A stretch of 64,000 nucleotides of DNA from Myxococcota bacterium (GTDB lineage Bacteria; Myxococcota_A; UBA9042; PHBI01; JAWLBL01), in contig JAWLBL010000007.1 of NCBI GenBank assembly GCA_041687695.1, positions 32,001 to 96,000 of the forward strand, written 5' to 3'. Every line of letters begins with the position of its first letter. Position 1 is the first letter of the stretch. Below, piece by piece: positions 61,178 through 64,000 of the stretch. Both the position numbers and the translations under genes were made by a program. The notes under the pieces were generated by a model. The model ran no database searches. It worked only from the letters and a program-made list of their open reading frames with translations, and was not told where the DNA came from.

Positions 61178-64000
61178 TCAGGGGCACCCGGGCGTCGCGA
61201 CGCCCTGGCACGCGCCAAACTGGCACACGTCGCCCGTGGTGCAGGCGTCCTCGTCGTCGCACGGGTAGCCCCCGGCCACGAGGAAGTCGTCCAACGCGAC
61301 GTACACCGCCCCCGCGGCGTGCGCCGCCACGTCCACCTCGAACGTGACCGTGACCAGCTGATCCGCCCAGGGGCCGAGGTCGACCTCTCGCACCACCGGG
61401 CCGTCCGTCGTGCCGCACACCGTGTCCACCACGGCCCCGCCGATGCGCGCTCGGACCACGTCCTGCCCACAGCCGGCCGTCGGCAACGCCGCCTCGACGG
61501 TCCAGCTCAGCGTGCCGCCGCCCAGCGGGACGATCAGCTCCGGGCTCTCGATGGACAGCGTCACCGCCGGCGACGACCCCTCGGTCGGGCCGACCGCCAC
61601 CAGCGCGTTCGGCGCCGATCCCGCCGACCCGGCCTCCACCCACCAGGCCCAGGCGGCGCTCGACGACGCGCCGCTCCAACCCAGCGGGGGCGGCCCCGGC
61701 GGCATGTCGTCGAAGGTCTCTCCCAGCTCGGGCTGGCCGTGGTGGACCAGCTGGAAGACGCACGCGCCCTGCGAGCAGTAGCCGTTGGCGCAGGGCCCGG
61801 GCAGGTCGCACTCGAGCAGCTCGCCCTGACACACGGTCCCGAAGCACGTGTCGTTGTACGTGCAAGGATCGCCGTCGTCGCAGTCGCCCAGCTTCGGCGT
61901 GTGCTGACACCCGAGCGCCGGATCGCAGCTGTCGACGGTGCACGGCAGGCCGTCGTCGCAGCTCGCCGCCGCGCCCACGCAAGCGCCCGCCGTGCAGGTG
62001 TCGCCGGTCGTGCAGGCGTCCCCGTCGTCGCAAGCCCCCGCGACCGGCGTGTCGACGCAGAACCCGTCCACGCACGTCGCCGCCATGCAGGGCCCGTCCG
62101 CCACGCAATCGGCGTCCACGTCGCAGGCGCACGCGGCCAGCGGCGAGAAGGCGCAGGCGTTGCTCACCGGGTCGCAGGCGTCCGCGGTGCACGGGTCGCC
62201 GTCGTCGCAGACCATCGGCTCGGCCACGCAGGCGCCGCTCTGGCACACGCCCACCGTGCACGGCGCGTCGCCCACGCAGGCGAAGGTCCCGACCAGCCGC
62301 AGGTCGTCCACCATCACGCCCGCCCCGTCGTTCTGCGTGCCGTTGGCGTTGAAGACCAACAACACCCGGATCTGCCGGTCGGTCATGGCGGACAGGTCGA
62401 CCTCGATCTCGGTCCACTCGTCCACATGGGTAGACAGGCAGAAGACCTGGTCGGTCACGCCGCCGCTGTCGACGCGCACGGCCAGGAAGTCCTTGGTCGG
62501 AAAGCAGATGTTCGAGGGCGCGGTCGTCTCGGCGAGGCCGGTCTTCACCTTGAAGCGCAACGTCAGCTGCGAGCCGTAGACCCACATGGGCGGCGACTTC
62601 AGCGTGGCCAGCCCCGCGCCGTGATCATAGGTCCCGTCGGCGCCCGTCATCGTCAGGCCGAGGCCGCCCGCGCTCGCCGAGGCCTGCGCCGAGACCTTCC
62701 AGCCGAACCCGGCGTTCGTGCTCGAGGCCGCCCAGCCGGTCGGCAGGCCGTCGTCGAAGGTCGCGTCGACGAAGGTCATCGAGCCGCTCAGCGGCTGGTG
62801 CGAGCACACGCCCGCGCTGCACAGGTCGGCCGTGCAGTCGTCGTCGTCGTCGCAAAGCGACTCGCTGGCCGGCACGCACGCGCCGCCGACGCAGTGGTCC
62901 TCGAGCGAGCACGGCTCGCCGTCGTCGCAGGCCGTCCCCTCGGGCTTGGGCTGCGTCACGCACTTGCCCGTCGCCGGGTCACAGGCGTCGAGGGTGCAGG
63001 CGGTCTCGTTGGGTGGACACGTCACGACGCCCGCCGGGACGCAGGTGTGGGTCGCGAGGTGGCACGACCACGCCAGGACGCACGCGTCGGCCTGCGGTGG
63101 GTCGTCGCAGTCGGCGTCGCTCTGGCACTCGCAGCCGTTGGCGCCGCCGACGCAGGTCCCCGCGACGCAGGCGTCTCCCGTCGTGCAGGGGTTGCCGTCG
63201 TCGCAGGTGTTCGGGGCCGGCGCGTGCTGGCAGACGGCCGCGCCGCTCGCGCCCACGCAGAAGTCCGTGGTGCAGGGGTTGCCGTCGCTGCACGGGTAGG
63301 GGCTCCCGGTGCACTTGCCGACGACGCAGGTGTCCTCGACGGTGCAGGGGTTGCCATCGTTGCAGTCGCCGGCCTGCGGCGCGTGCACGCAGCCTCCGGC
63401 CTCGGCGTCGCAGGCGTCCGCCGTGCACGGGTTCTTGTCGTCGCAGTCGAGCGCCTGCCCCGCGCAGTCCCCGAGGGCGTCGCAGGCGTCCCCGGACGTG
63501 CAGGGATCTCCGTCGTCACACGCGGCCCCGGCGACGGGCGCGACCTCGCAGCCGCCGTCCGGCAGGCACAGGTCGGCCGTGCACGGATCCCCGTCGTCGC
63601 ACCGGGCCACCGTGCCCTCGCACAGGCCCGAGGCGCAGGCGCCTTCGGTGAAGCAGGTGTCGCTGGGCGTGCACGGCGCCCCCTCGTTGCGGGGCGTCAT
63701 GACGCACGCGCCCGAGCCGGGGTCGCAGACCGCGTGGGCGCAGGTCGTGTCGCTCTCTGCGTTGCACACGACGGCGCGGCTGGGGTCGGGGACGCAGCTC
63801 CAGTCCGCCCCGCACACGTACCCGGCGGCGCACAGGTCGCCCAGGCCGGCGCAGGCCTCGTCGCTGGTGCACTCGCAGGTCTCGCCCGGCGTCCCGGCGC
63901 AGGTCCCGTCGCCCTGGCAGGCGTCCCCGTCGGTGCAGGCGTTGCCGTCGTCGCAGGGGCCCGTGCCGCCCGGCTTGACGCTGCAGGCGCCCGTGAGCGA
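61178..64000 (-). CDS. Cys-rich protein with Dictyostelium CTDC-like repeats and jelly-roll domains (5' end beyond window)
   Basis: Many CDDGxPCTxDxC repeats; the frame stays open from 63817 to 64000. Confidence 0.88.
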   Translation of the reverse strand, partial: SLTGACSVKPGGTGPCDDGNACTDGDACQGDGTCAGTPGETCECTSDEACAGLGDLCAAGYVCGADWSCVPDPSRAVVCNAESDTTCAHAVCDPGSGACVMTPRNEGAPCTPSDTCFTEGACASGLCEGTVARCDDGDPCTADLCLPDGGCEVAPVAGAACDDGDPCTSGDACDALGDCAGQALDCDDKNPCTADACDAEAGGCVHAPQAGDCNDGNPCTVEDTCVVGKCTGSPYPCSDGNPCTTDFCVGASGAAVCQHAPAPNTCDDGNPCTTGDACVAGTCVGGANGCECQSDADCDDPPQADACVLAWSCHLATHTCVPAGVVTCPPNETACTLDACDPATGKCVTQPKPEGTACDDGEPCSLEDHCVGGACVPASESLCDDDDDCTADLCSAGVCSHQPLSGSMTFVDATFDDGLPTGWAASSTNAGFGWKVSAQASASAGGLGLTMTGADGTYDHGAGLATLKSPPMWVYGSQLTLRFKVKTGLAETTAPSNICFPTKDFLAVRVDSGGVTDQVFCLSTHVDEWTEIEVDLSAMTDRQIRVLLVFNANGTQNDGAGVMVDDLRLVGTFACVGDAPCTVGVCQSGACVAEPMVCDDGDPCTADACDPVSNACAFSPLAACACDVDADCVADGPCMAATCVDGFCVDTPVAGACDDGDACTTGDTCTAGACVGAAASCDDGLPCTVDSCDPALGCQHTPKLGDCDDGDPCTYNDTCFGTVCQGELLECDLPGPCANGYCSQGACVFQLVHHGQPELGETFDDMPPGPPPLGWSGASSSAAWAWWVEAGSAGSAPNALVAVGPTEGSSPAVTLSIESPELIVPLGGGTLSWTVEAALPTAGCGQDVVRARIGGAVVDTVCGTTDGPVVREVDLGPWADQLVTVTFEVDVAAHAAGAVYVALDDFLVAGGYPCDDEDACTTGDVCQFGACQGVATPGCP

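Overview
This is a very GC-rich, gene-dense window typical of a Myxococcota/deltaproteobacterial genome; most long ORFs in the supplied track are antisense shadows. About 40 real CDS are supported. Both ends carry giant Cys-rich surface proteins: a MopE-type CDGxDNDCDG repeat protein that the ORF track misses, and a cluster of CTDC-repeat, vWA and IPT/TIG proteins. Between them lie a putative light/UV-response locus (hybrid histidine kinase, folE, B12-binding XRE regulator, class II photolyase, DUF523/DUF1722), ABC transporter genes, hydrolases, a sigma54 activator and an FAD/Fe-S dehydrogenase. The strongest leads are: (1) a hidden DCC1/DUF393-type oxidoreductase gene (53015-53392) in which both Cys of DxxCxxC are in-frame TGA followed by a SECIS-like hairpin, i.e. 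a probable double-selenocysteine UxxU protein; (2) a secreted EGF-repeat lipoprotein carrying a eukaryote-type F-box-associated (FBA) lectin domain; (3) a CarH-like B12 photosensor module fused to a C-terminal XRE HTH and coupled to photolyase; (4) non-coding structure, namely a TA-flanked 182-bp MITE-like element, an identical 32-nt hairpin next to two different tandem arrays, tandem duplications of gene 3' ends, and four sigma54 -24/-12 motifs. No rRNA, tRNA or CRISPR array was seen. All family calls are by-eye motif recognition; no searches were run.
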